A stretch of DNA of 64,000 bases, taken from Patescibacteria group bacterium (GTDB taxonomy: Bacteria; Patescibacteriota; JAHJAL01). The number at the start of each line of letters is the position of its first letter. Positions within the stretch are counted from its first letter, which is position 1. The stretch lies in NCBI GenBank assembly GCA_049322675.1, contig JBMORM010000010.1, positions 19,028 to 83,027 on the forward strand, written 5' to 3'. The notes under the pieces were generated by a model. That model saw only the letters and a program-made list of their open reading frames with translations, had not been told where the DNA came from and did no database searches. The translations under genes and the position numbers were made by a program. Below, piece by piece: positions 1 through 8,411 of the stretch.

Positions 1-2
1 CG

Positions 3-143
3 ACGGATATCGGCCAATATGGCGATTTTTCAGTTTCCTTTTCATATGTTTCCAGTGCCAAAAATGGTACTTTGTCAGTTTTCGCTTACTCAGCCAAGGA
101 TGGAAGCAAACAGGATTTGGTGCAGATAGAAGTTGAATTGTAA
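3..143 (+). CDS. 3' end of an upstream gene (partial, unknown product)
   Basis: Frame 3 is open from the window edge to TAA at 141-143 (...GTLSVFAYSAKDGSKQDLVQIEVEL*). Too short for the ORF track; not otherwise assessed. Confidence 0.3.
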   Translation, partial: TDIGQYGDFSVSFSYVSSAKNGTLSVFAYSAKDGSKQDLVQIEVEL

Positions 144-190
144 AAAATGCGGGGGAAAACAAAATATAACGAGGAGGGACTAAAACTAAG

Positions 191-1582
191 ATGGAAAAGA
201 CTAAAAAATTTCCACGGCCAATCGGTTTTTGGCAAATGCTGGGACCAAGTTTTGTGATACTGGCACTGGGTTTGGGTAGTGGCGAGGTGATCATGTGGCC
301 ATATCTGGCCGCCAATTATGGCTTGGGGATTGCCTGGGCGGCGGTACTCGGAATCACTTTTCAGTTTTTCGTAAATATGGAAATCGAGCGATACGCTTTG
401 GTCAAAGGCGAATCGGTATTTGCCGGGTTGGTCAGGATGTTCAAATGGGCGCCCTGGTGGTTTATTGTTTCGACTTTCTTGGGATTTGCCATGCCCGGCA
501 TGATGGCGGCGGCGGCCAAAGTCTTTACCTCCTGGTTGGGTTGGGATGAGTTTAAATGGGTGGCGATTGTCGGTTTACTGTTGATCGGGTTTGTCTTGAG
601 TTTTGGAAAAACAGTTTATGGAATGATAGAAAAGATAACTCAAGTCGTCATAGTTTTGGCAGTACCGATGCTGTTTATTTTTGTGATAATTTTGGCTTCA
701 CATGCGGATTGGGCTGATTTACTAAAAGGCTTGACCGGACAGGGAAATGGTTATCGCTGGATACCGGAAAATATGGATCTGATGATTTTTCTCGGGGCGT
801 TTGCCTATGCCGGTGCCGGGGGAAATTTGAATTTGACGCAATCGATTTATATCCGGGAAAAAGGTTATGGAATGGGAAAATACGCCCAAAAAATTGGTGG
901 CTTGTTTATGGGGGCATTAAAACAACAAAAGGTGAAATTGGCGGGGGAAGATTTTGCAGTCAATAAAGAAAATCTGGCAAATTTCCGGGAGTGGTGGAAA
1001 AGGGTCAACTACGAGCATGCATTGGTTTTCTGGTTTATCGGCGGGGTAGGAATTTTGTTGTTGATGATTTTGAGTTATGCCACGGTCTATGATCTGGGAA
1101 GTAACGACCAGAGTATCAACTTTGTCATCAGCGAGGCTGGGGTAATCAAGCAAATTTTGGGCGTCAACTGGGCGGGATTGTTTATGGTGGCCGTGGCAAT
1201 AATGTTGTGGCAGACCCAATTGGGAGTTTTGGATTCAACCTCCCGCATAATGTCGGAAAATTACGCTTTGGCGATATTGGACAAAAATGAAGAAGGTAAG
1301 GTTAATATGTCTAAAATTTATTTTACCTTTTTGTGGACACAAATTGTGGTGGGAATCGTGCTGTTTGTTTTGGATATCAAAGAGCCGAAAACTCTGTTGG
1401 TGGTGGGAGCGGTTATCAATGCGGTGGCAATGTTTGTTCATGTGGGCATGGTCAATTGGATGAACTGGAAGGTATTACCAAAAGAAACACAGGCAACTAT
1501 TTTTAGAAAAATCGTCATTGGGGGAATATTTTTGTTTTACGGCATTTTTGCCACGGTAACTTTGGGAAGTAAGATTTTTTAA
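191..1582 (+). CDS. Polytopic membrane transporter, Nramp-like (divalent metal transporter family, divergent)
   Basis: 463 aa with about 10-11 hydrophobic helices. The N-terminal segment GPSFVILALGLGSGEVIMWPYLAANYGLGIAWAAVLGITFQFFVNMEIERYALVKGES parallels the Nramp TM1-TM3 layout (GPGFL...DPGN...LLW...), but the canonical DPGN motif is replaced. Confidence 0.55.
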   Translation: MEKTKKFPRPIGFWQMLGPSFVILALGLGSGEVIMWPYLAANYGLGIAWAAVLGITFQFFVNMEIERYALVKGESVFAGLVRMFKWAPWWFIVSTFLGFAMPGMMAAAAKVFTSWLGWDEFKWVAIVGLLLIGFVLSFGKTVYGMIEKITQVVIVLAVPMLFIFVIILASHADWADLLKGLTGQGNGYRWIPENMDLMIFLGAFAYAGAGGNLNLTQSIYIREKGYGMGKYAQKIGGLFMGALKQQKVKLAGEDFAVNKENLANFREWWKRVNYEHALVFWFIGGVGILLLMILSYATVYDLGSNDQSINFVISEAGVIKQILGVNWAGLFMVAVAIMLWQTQLGVLDSTSRIMSENYALAILDKNEEGKVNMSKIYFTFLWTQIVVGIVLFVLDIKEPKTLLVVGAVINAVAMFVHVGMVNWMNWKVLPKETQATIFRKIVIGGIFLFYGIFATVTLGSKIF

Positions 1583-1594
1583 AATTATATAATT

Positions 1595-3340
1595 ATGGAA
1601 AATAAAATCTGTCGGCAGTGCGGAATAAGTTTTATTGTTTCTGACGATGATTTGAAATTTTTGGAAAAGATATCGCCGGAATTTACCCCTCCTTCGCTTG
1701 AAGCTTCGGCGAGGCAGGGAAAAAAGTATCTGATCCCCTCCCCGACTTTGTGTCCGACTTGCCGATTGCAAAGAAGATTGGCGCATCGCAACGAGAGAAA
1801 GCTTTACAAAAGAAAGTGTGATGCGACCGGAAAAGATATTGTTTCTTTGTATTCTCCCAACAAGCCCTACAAGGTTTTTGATCAAGAATATTGGTGGAGC
1901 GATAAATGGGAGGCGATGGATTTTGGTCAAGATTATGATTTTTCCCGGCCGTTCTTTGAGCAATTTAAAGAACTTTATGATCGGGTGCCAAAGTTGAATA
2001 TCATCAATTCCGGGAGCGAGAACAGCGAATATACCAACCTGGCGGCCTACAATAAAAATTGTTACATGATTGTGGAGAGTAGCAACAATGAGAATTGTTA
2101 CTATGATTACTGGATTCAATTGTCAAAAAATTTGGTTGATTCTTGTTATGCTCACCAATCGGAGATTGGATATTGGAACTCGGATATTCGGGAGGGGTAT
2201 AATTTGCAATTTTGCCGCAAGGCGATAAATTGCCGAGATAGTTTTTTTCTGGAAGATAGTGTCGGGTGTAAAAATTGTTTTGCCGGCACAAATTTACACA
2301 ATAAGGAATATTACTTATTTAATCAGCCGGCGAATAAAGAGCAATTTGAGGAAACGTTGCAAATTTGGCAACAAGGAAATCAGGAGGAGAGGAGAGCTTT
2401 GTATGAAAAAATAAATAAGTTTTTTAGTGAGCAACCATTAAAGGCCGGTAGGATAGTTAATTCGGAAAATTGTGTTGGCGACTATATTTCCGACAGCAAA
2501 GATTGCTATATGTGTTTTGACGCGAGTGAAAGCGAAAGCTGCCGTTATTGTTCTGACGTAATGCGTAATGTAAAAGAGGCGATGGACACTTCGACGGCTG
2601 GTTTAGATTGTGAATTGATGTATGAATGTTTGAATACGGCGATCAATGTTTACAAAATGGCTTTTACCAATGTCTGCTGGACCAATTTGAAAAATGTTTT
2701 ATACAGTATGTATTGCTACAAATCCGAAGATATTTTTGGTTGTGTCGGCTTGCGCGACCATAAACAATACTGCATTTTGAATAAGCAATATACGAAAGAA
2801 GAATATGAAAGACTAATACCAAATATCATCGGACATATGATCTCAACTGGTGAATGGGGAGAGTTTTTTCCGATGAATGTCTCGGCTTACGGTTATAACG
2901 AAACTGTAGCACAAGATCATTTTGTTTTAACAAAAGATGAGGCCGAAAAATTGGGGGCAAACTGGGAGGATGGAGATTTTACACCGAAATATGATGGTGA
3001 AGTTTATAAGCCAAAGCCAATCGACTTATTCCAATTGAAAAATAATCCCCAAGCACAAACAGAAATTGATCTCTGTTTGAAAGGAATAATAAAATGCGAG
3101 AAATCAGGGCGACCTTTCAAGATTTTGCCACAAGAACTGGCTTTTTATATTGAAAATAATATTGAATTACCCAAAATTCATCCGGATGAGAGACATTTGG
3201 AGAGAATCAATAATAGGCATCATTACAAGTTGGAGAAAATTAATTGTGATAATTGCGGGCAAGAAATATCTACTTCTTTACCAAAGAATATTGGTAGAAA
3301 AATATATTGTGAGGAATGTTGGCAGAAATCTTTTTTGTAG
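1595..3340 (+). CDS. Cys-rich protein with N- and C-terminal zinc-ribbon-like CxxC pairs and internal NC/SxxC repeats (paralog A)
   Basis: 581 aa. The N-terminus has CRQCG...CPTCRLQRRLAHRNERKLYKRKC and the C-terminus CEKSG...CDNCG...YCEECW. The centre carries about 20-aa repeats rich in N-C and S-x-x-C. It is a clear paralog of 6329..8107 (same N-terminal CxxC..RNER..YKRKC..YSP and C-terminal ELAFY..RH..YCEEC blocks). Confidence 0.75.
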   Translation: MENKICRQCGISFIVSDDDLKFLEKISPEFTPPSLEASARQGKKYLIPSPTLCPTCRLQRRLAHRNERKLYKRKCDATGKDIVSLYSPNKPYKVFDQEYWWSDKWEAMDFGQDYDFSRPFFEQFKELYDRVPKLNIINSGSENSEYTNLAAYNKNCYMIVESSNNENCYYDYWIQLSKNLVDSCYAHQSEIGYWNSDIREGYNLQFCRKAINCRDSFFLEDSVGCKNCFAGTNLHNKEYYLFNQPANKEQFEETLQIWQQGNQEERRALYEKINKFFSEQPLKAGRIVNSENCVGDYISDSKDCYMCFDASESESCRYCSDVMRNVKEAMDTSTAGLDCELMYECLNTAINVYKMAFTNVCWTNLKNVLYSMYCYKSEDIFGCVGLRDHKQYCILNKQYTKEEYERLIPNIIGHMISTGEWGEFFPMNVSAYGYNETVAQDHFVLTKDEAEKLGANWEDGDFTPKYDGEVYKPKPIDLFQLKNNPQAQTEIDLCLKGIIKCEKSGRPFKILPQELAFYIENNIELPKIHPDERHLERINNRHHYKLEKINCDNCGQEISTSLPKNIGRKIYCEECWQKSFL

Positions 3341-3482
3341 GGGGCGAGTCGCGACTCGCCCGTACGATAATTAATTCGTAGGGGCGAGGTCCCCTCGCTC
3401 GACCGATGTCATAATCGAAGGATCGGACCCATGTGTCCGCCAAATGTCCTAACCGTAGGGGCGGGTTTTAAACCCGCCCGTC
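3338..3482. repeat. Cluster of GC-rich REP-like palindromes (GTAGGGGCGAG...CTCGCCC type), 3-4 units
   Basis: The units are tagggggcgagtcgcgactcgcccgtacga, gtaggggcgaggtcccctcgctcg, ggacccatgtgtccgcc and gtaggggcgggttttaaacccgcccg. Each is a perfect or near-perfect hairpin. The same ordered cluster recurs at 6097..6276, and the gene's stop codon TAG lies inside the first unit. Confidence 0.85.
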
Positions 3483-3611
3483 AATAACATAAAAATTAAA
3501 TAATTGTATTCATTGCATTCAATGCAATTACATTTTAAAAAATAGCCTTAAAATTAAAAAATATAATTCGATTCAAGGAGATCTGTTTAAGAAAATGGTA
3601 CATCTGATTAT

Positions 3612-3693
3612 TTTTTCTTTCTGGATCCTGGATATTGGAGCGCCGTGCCTCGCCGAGCAGGCGGGGATTACCTTCCAGTTCCAGGATGACACA
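3612..3693. mobile_element. Partial (right-half) copy of the ~125-bp double-hairpin MITE-like element
   Basis: ctggatcctggatattggagcg...ccttccagttccaggatgacaca matches the right hairpin and terminal inverted repeat of the full copies at 8110, 18991, 19831, 38550, 46460 and 54810. Confidence 0.7.
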
Positions 3694-3763
3694 ATTTGGA
3701 TAACGCAACTAAAAAATATTAAGTATAATAAAGGCAGAATTTAATTATTAATAACGTAAAAAT

Positions 3764-6079
3764 ATGAGACAAAAATGGGTGGGAGGGGTTTTGGCTTTTT
3801 TTGTATTTAACCTGGCAATGATCAATTTGCCGGTAGCGACGGCGGCAGCGGAATATGATTATCAGTGGGTGAGCCAGTCGGCTTATCCGACGATAAATTT
3901 GGGTGAGACAAAAGAGCTGTCTTTAAAAATTAAAAACACCGGTAGTCAAACCTGGAAACGTGATGGTAATAACGCCGCACATCTCGGGACCAGTCGGCCG
4001 AAAGATCGCAATAGCGGCTTTAGTGCAAGTAATTGGATTGCCGCCAATCGATCGGCAAAATTGATTGAGGAATCGGTGGCGCCGGGAGCAGAAGGAAATT
4101 TTGTTTTTTCGATTGCGCCAGATGATTCAATGGTGGTTGCGGGCGGTTGTTATGACGAATATTTTACACCGGTAATCGAAAACATAACTTGGATGAAAGA
4201 TGAGGGAATTTTCTGGAAGATTTGCGTAACAAATTCGGCGACTACTTCTGATAATGCTTATACCAATTTCAAGGACAAAGCGGATTTTGATAAATATTTT
4301 GAACAGGCGGAAAAAATATATGGCGACGAAACTCCTTTATACAAAGGCGTCTATGATTACATGGGAGACGCGGCCCCAGGGCAACCGATTGTTGGCAATG
4401 GGGAAAGTGACTCTCGTTATTCTAGCACCAATGTCCAATACAGCGGGATCGATGAGCCGGATATTGTAAAAGTAAATGAAAAAAATATTTTTTATTCTCA
4501 CTGGCCGTATGTAGTTTATGACGAAAAACCAATCTCGAGTGAGACGGATTTTGTTCCACCGATGCAAACGGGAGAAACCAAGATTATCAATGCTCAACCG
4601 GTGAATGATTTAAAAATTAGCGGCAAAATTGGACAACAAGGTGATATGCTGCTGGATGGCAATAATTTGATAGTATTGGCTTATGATGCGGTATATGGTT
4701 ATGATGTGTCGGATGCGACCAATCCGATTGAAAAGTGGTCTTATCATTTCAAAGAAAATACCGGGTATTCACAAGCTCGATTGTACAATCACCAACTATA
4801 TCTTTTAACTACCACTTGGACATACTACGACCGACTTTGCCCAATGCCGATTGCCGAAGGTGTCGAGGTCCGATGTGCCGATATTTATCATCCGACTTCA
4901 ATAATTGACAGTGATCAGTTTTACAATTTTCAACAAATAAATCCGGAAAATGGGAATATTGAAAAAACCGTTTCCTTTGTCGGGGCGTCCTACAATTCGG
5001 CCTTTATGATGTCAGAAAACAATGCTTATTTGGCTAATACGATTGAGCCGGATTATTCGATTTTGTTGGTTGATTTTCTCGATCAAAATCCGACCGTGAT
5101 GCCGGAAGATTTGAAAAATAGAATCAGAACGATCAATGGTTACGAGATAAGCCGCTATTCCAAACAGACGGAGATTTCCAACGCAATTATGGATTATCAA
5201 TATTCTTTGGATGAAACTACTCGTGCCAATTGGGAAAATAATATCAATCAAGCTTTGAAAAGTTACGTGCAGGCCAATGCGACCAAGATCAGCCGCACAC
5301 AGATTGTTAAAATTGGTTTAAATAGTTTTGGTTTGGATGCCGTCGGACAGGTGCCGGGAAGTTTGTTGAGTCAATTTTCACTGGACGAAAGCAATGATTA
5401 TTTGCGAGTGGCTTCCACAGTTGATGTCAATTGGTGGTTTATGTGGTCTAGCAATGTAAGCAATGATACTTTTAGCCAGGTAACGGTGTTGGACAATAGT
5501 ATGCAAACGATCGGACAAATCAGTGATCTGGGTCAAGGCGAGAGAATTTATTCGGTGCGATTTGTCGGAGACAATGCCTATGTGGTAACTTTCAAGGAAA
5601 TTGATCCGTTTTATATTATTGATTTGACCAATCCGACTCAACCGGTCAAGGCAGGAGAATTGAAAATCCCCGGGTACTCATCTTATCTCCATCCGATCTC
5701 GGAAAATTTAATACTGGGATTGGGAATGGAAGATTCCAAATTGAAATTGGCTTTATACGATGTAAGTAACGCCAATAATCCGATTGAAAAATCAAAATAC
5801 TATCTGGAAAATACCTGGTCGGAAGCACTTTATGACCATCACGCTTTTTTGAATGACCTCAAACATCAGATTTTCTTCCTGCCCGGCAGCAATGAAGGTT
5901 TGATCATATCCTATGCCAACGGTCAGCTGGAATTGAAAAAGAAAGTGTCCGATTTTTATGCTTCCAGAGCGGTTTATATCAATGATTACCTCTATTTGTT
6001 GGGACAAAATGAAATCAAGGTGCTGAACGAAAATAACTGGTTGCAGGTAAATGAACTGGACATTGCCGCGTTTGGTTGA
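3764..6079 (+). CDS. Secreted protein: signal peptide, Ig-like (NBR1-FW-type) N-terminal domain, C-terminal beta-propeller domain (PF09826-like)
   Basis: 771 aa. The signal peptide is MRQKWVGGVLAFFVFNLAMINLPVATAAA. The N-terminal domain (..LSLKIKNTGSQTWKRDG..RPKDRNSGFSASNWIAANR..) is homologous to the N-terminus of 13981..16140. The C-terminus carries the YSVRFVGDNAYVVTFKEIDPFYIIDLTNPTQP...LLG motif, a hallmark of the secreted bacterial/archaeal beta-propeller domain family. Confidence 0.8.
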   Translation: MRQKWVGGVLAFFVFNLAMINLPVATAAAEYDYQWVSQSAYPTINLGETKELSLKIKNTGSQTWKRDGNNAAHLGTSRPKDRNSGFSASNWIAANRSAKLIEESVAPGAEGNFVFSIAPDDSMVVAGGCYDEYFTPVIENITWMKDEGIFWKICVTNSATTSDNAYTNFKDKADFDKYFEQAEKIYGDETPLYKGVYDYMGDAAPGQPIVGNGESDSRYSSTNVQYSGIDEPDIVKVNEKNIFYSHWPYVVYDEKPISSETDFVPPMQTGETKIINAQPVNDLKISGKIGQQGDMLLDGNNLIVLAYDAVYGYDVSDATNPIEKWSYHFKENTGYSQARLYNHQLYLLTTTWTYYDRLCPMPIAEGVEVRCADIYHPTSIIDSDQFYNFQQINPENGNIEKTVSFVGASYNSAFMMSENNAYLANTIEPDYSILLVDFLDQNPTVMPEDLKNRIRTINGYEISRYSKQTEISNAIMDYQYSLDETTRANWENNINQALKSYVQANATKISRTQIVKIGLNSFGLDAVGQVPGSLLSQFSLDESNDYLRVASTVDVNWWFMWSSNVSNDTFSQVTVLDNSMQTIGQISDLGQGERIYSVRFVGDNAYVVTFKEIDPFYIIDLTNPTQPVKAGELKIPGYSSYLHPISENLILGLGMEDSKLKLALYDVSNANNPIEKSKYYLENTWSEALYDHHAFLNDLKHQIFFLPGSNEGLIISYANGQLELKKKVSDFYASRAVYINDYLYLLGQNEIKVLNENNWLQVNELDIAAFG

Positions 6080-6096
6080 TAAAAAATAATATCATC

Positions 6097-6276
6097 GTAC
6101 GGGCGGGTAAACCCCGCCCGTACGATATCAATTGTAGGGGCGAGGTCCCCTCGCCCGACGTCAATCCGTAAGGGCGGACCCATGTGTCCGCCCTTTTTTG
6201 TTGGAGATTACAAAATGATACAATTGATTTATTGATTATTAATGAATTGTAGGGGCAGGTCATGACCTGCCCATCA
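6097..6276. repeat. REP-like palindrome cluster (duplicate of the 3338..3482 cluster)
   Basis: The units are cgtacgggcgggtaaaccccgcccgtacga, gtaggggcgaggtcccctcgcccg, gggcggacccatgtgtccgccc and gtaggggcaggtcatgacctgccc. The unit order matches the 3338 cluster, and it is followed by the same aaaaattaaataat tract. Confidence 0.85.
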
Positions 6277-6328
6277 AAAATGTAAAAATTAAATAATCGC
6301 ATTTTGAATTGTATTTTGATTAAATAAT

Positions 6329-8107
6329 TTGAATTTTATGGACAAAGCCGATCAATTGATTTTGGAACAATTAAATAAAGAAGTGCCTCATGAGCGGACT
6401 TGTCGGGTGTGTGGGGGGGAATGGAAAATTGAACAGGATGATTTGATTTTTTTAAAAAAATTTATTGTGCCGGTTCCAAAAATATGTCCGAGCTGCAGCA
6501 TGCGGCAAAAATTGGCTTGGCGTAATGAGCGAGTTTTTTACCGACGAAAATGCAGTGCAACAAGTAAAGAAATTGTCTCAATTTATTCTCCAGACAAAGA
6601 TTATCAAGTTTTTGATAAGGATTTTTACGCCAATGAAAATAACTGGAATCCCTTGGACTACGTAATGAATTACGATTCGGCAGAGAGCTTTTTTGTCCAG
6701 TTCGCTCAACTGATGAAGTTGGTACCTTATGCTAGTCTAATCACGGTAACTAACAAAGCGGATAACTGCGAATACGTCAATCATGGTGGTTGGAGTAAGA
6801 ATTGTTATATGATTTCGATGGCAGCCTACAACGAAAACTGCCTTTTTGGTAAAAATATTATGCATAGTCGCGATTGTGTTGAAAATTATAATATTAATAA
6901 ATGTGAAAGTTGTTACGAAAATATAAATGGCTTGAATAATAATAATTGTCAATTTCTCTACAATTCACAGGATTGTTTCGATTGTCATTTTTCGGCTGAA
7001 CTTAAAAATTGCCAGAATTGTTTGCTGTGTTTTAATTTGCTTGATAAAAAATATTGCGTGCGGAACAAACAAGTAACACATGAAGAGTTTGAACAGGAGA
7101 GACAGCGATTACAATTTACTGAATTGAAAGCAGAGTTTTTTCAGATGAGGGCCAGACAAGTTGTTAAGTTTGCTAATATCGTCAATTCGGAAAATTGTTC
7201 GGGTGACTACATTAATAATTCCAAAGATAGCCTGTATTGTTTTGGGGTGGAAGGATATGAAAGTTGTAAATATTGCTTTGATGGCGCCGGCGGATTATTT
7301 GATTGCTATAACATTTATTCCAGTGGCAATAAAGCCTCGCTGGAATATAATTCATTGGCAGCTCCTGGATCATATAATGTGATTTGTTCCAGTGCGGTGG
7401 GAAATAATTCACAGCGGATTGGTTATAGTTTGCACTGTTATGGCTGCTCAGATATTTTTGGTTGTATAGGTTTGAAGAATAAACAGTACTGTGTTTTGAA
7501 TAAACAATATTCGAAACAAGAATATGAAAGAATAGTCGAAGAAATAAAACTTGATATGCTTTCAAGAGATGAGTACGGAGAATTTTTTCCGGCAAATATA
7601 AGTTGGTTTGGTTACAATGAAACAATTGCTCAAGAATATTTCCCTCTAAATAAAGAGGAGGCCCAAAAACTTGGTTTCAAATGGAGTGGTTATGAGGCAG
7701 AAGGTAAATTTGACGGTCCATTTTATGAGCCATTGGAAATAAAAGAATATTTTAATGAACAAAAAGCGAAAGAATTATTGGCTGGAATTTTACAATGTGA
7801 AGTAACCGGAAAACCATACAAAATAATGGGGCCGGAGTTGGCTTTTTATTTGAAACATAATATTCCGATTCCTAAACGTTCGCCGAATCAACGGCATAAA
7901 GATCGGATGGCGTTGAAGAATCCGTATAAGCTTTGGCATCGACAATGTATGTGCGAGGGACAATTGACAATTAACAGAAATCAATTAACAGGGGAAAATG
8001 GGTGTCAGCATCAAGGCAGGTGTATAAATGAATTTGAGACAACTTATGCGCCGGAGCGGACGGAGAAAGTTTATTGTGAGGAGTGTTATCGGAAGAGTGT
8101 TTTATAA
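6329..8107 (+). CDS. Cys-rich zinc-ribbon repeat protein (paralog B of 1595..3340)
   Basis: 592 aa. It shares with 1595..3340 the N-terminal CxxC...CPSC..RQKLAWRNERVFYRRKC..IVSIYSP block, the internal NC/SxxC repeats, the KQYC(V/I)LNKQY(S/T)K(Q/E)EYER block, and the C-terminal ELAFY...RH...VYCEECYRKS. Confidence 0.75.
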   Translation: MNFMDKADQLILEQLNKEVPHERTCRVCGGEWKIEQDDLIFLKKFIVPVPKICPSCSMRQKLAWRNERVFYRRKCSATSKEIVSIYSPDKDYQVFDKDFYANENNWNPLDYVMNYDSAESFFVQFAQLMKLVPYASLITVTNKADNCEYVNHGGWSKNCYMISMAAYNENCLFGKNIMHSRDCVENYNINKCESCYENINGLNNNNCQFLYNSQDCFDCHFSAELKNCQNCLLCFNLLDKKYCVRNKQVTHEEFEQERQRLQFTELKAEFFQMRARQVVKFANIVNSENCSGDYINNSKDSLYCFGVEGYESCKYCFDGAGGLFDCYNIYSSGNKASLEYNSLAAPGSYNVICSSAVGNNSQRIGYSLHCYGCSDIFGCIGLKNKQYCVLNKQYSKQEYERIVEEIKLDMLSRDEYGEFFPANISWFGYNETIAQEYFPLNKEEAQKLGFKWSGYEAEGKFDGPFYEPLEIKEYFNEQKAKELLAGILQCEVTGKPYKIMGPELAFYLKHNIPIPKRSPNQRHKDRMALKNPYKLWHRQCMCEGQLTINRNQLTGENGCQHQGRCINEFETTYAPERTEKVYCEECYRKSVL

Positions 8108-8109
8108 AT

Positions 8110-8341
8110 TTCAAACTCTTTGAAACTCTTAGAAACACTTACAAACTCTTTTAAACTGTGCCGGATGTCACTTCGGAGCCGGAAGTGTAATCATATTCCG
8201 ACATCTAGAATCCATTTCGATATTTTTTTCTGGATCCTGGATATTGAAGCGGATTACCTTTCAGTTCCAGGATGACGACAGTCATTTTTTTGGTTTTTAA
8301 ACGTTTTAAAGAGTTTGTAAGGGTTTATAAGAGTTTGTATT
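8110..8341. mobile_element. Full-length MITE-like element: ~125-bp double-hairpin core (8158..8284) flanked by ~35-bp terminal inverted repeats (AAACTCTT-containing)
   Basis: The left TIR is caaactctttgaaactcttagaaacacttacaaactcttttaaac and the right TIR is gtttaaaagagtttgtaagggtttataagagtttg. The core has two hairpins (ggagccggaagtg...ccgacatctagaatcc and ggatcctggatattgaagcg...cagttccaggatgac). No ORF is present. The same architecture is found at 46460..46735. Confidence 0.8.
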
Positions 8342-8411
8342 TTATCCCCCCCCGTTTGCTACTGTTTGTTAGGTTTGTTATGTTTATAATATTGATTATT
8401 AATTAAAATAT

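Noticed and set aside
6015-6302. ORF-track ORFs 5992..6183(-), 6015..6302(-), 3150..3374(+) lying over REP clusters
   Set aside because: They are composed almost entirely of translated GC-rich palindromes. GC-rich repeats in an AT-rich genome lack stops by chance. There is no start context, and they overlap the better-supported neighbours.
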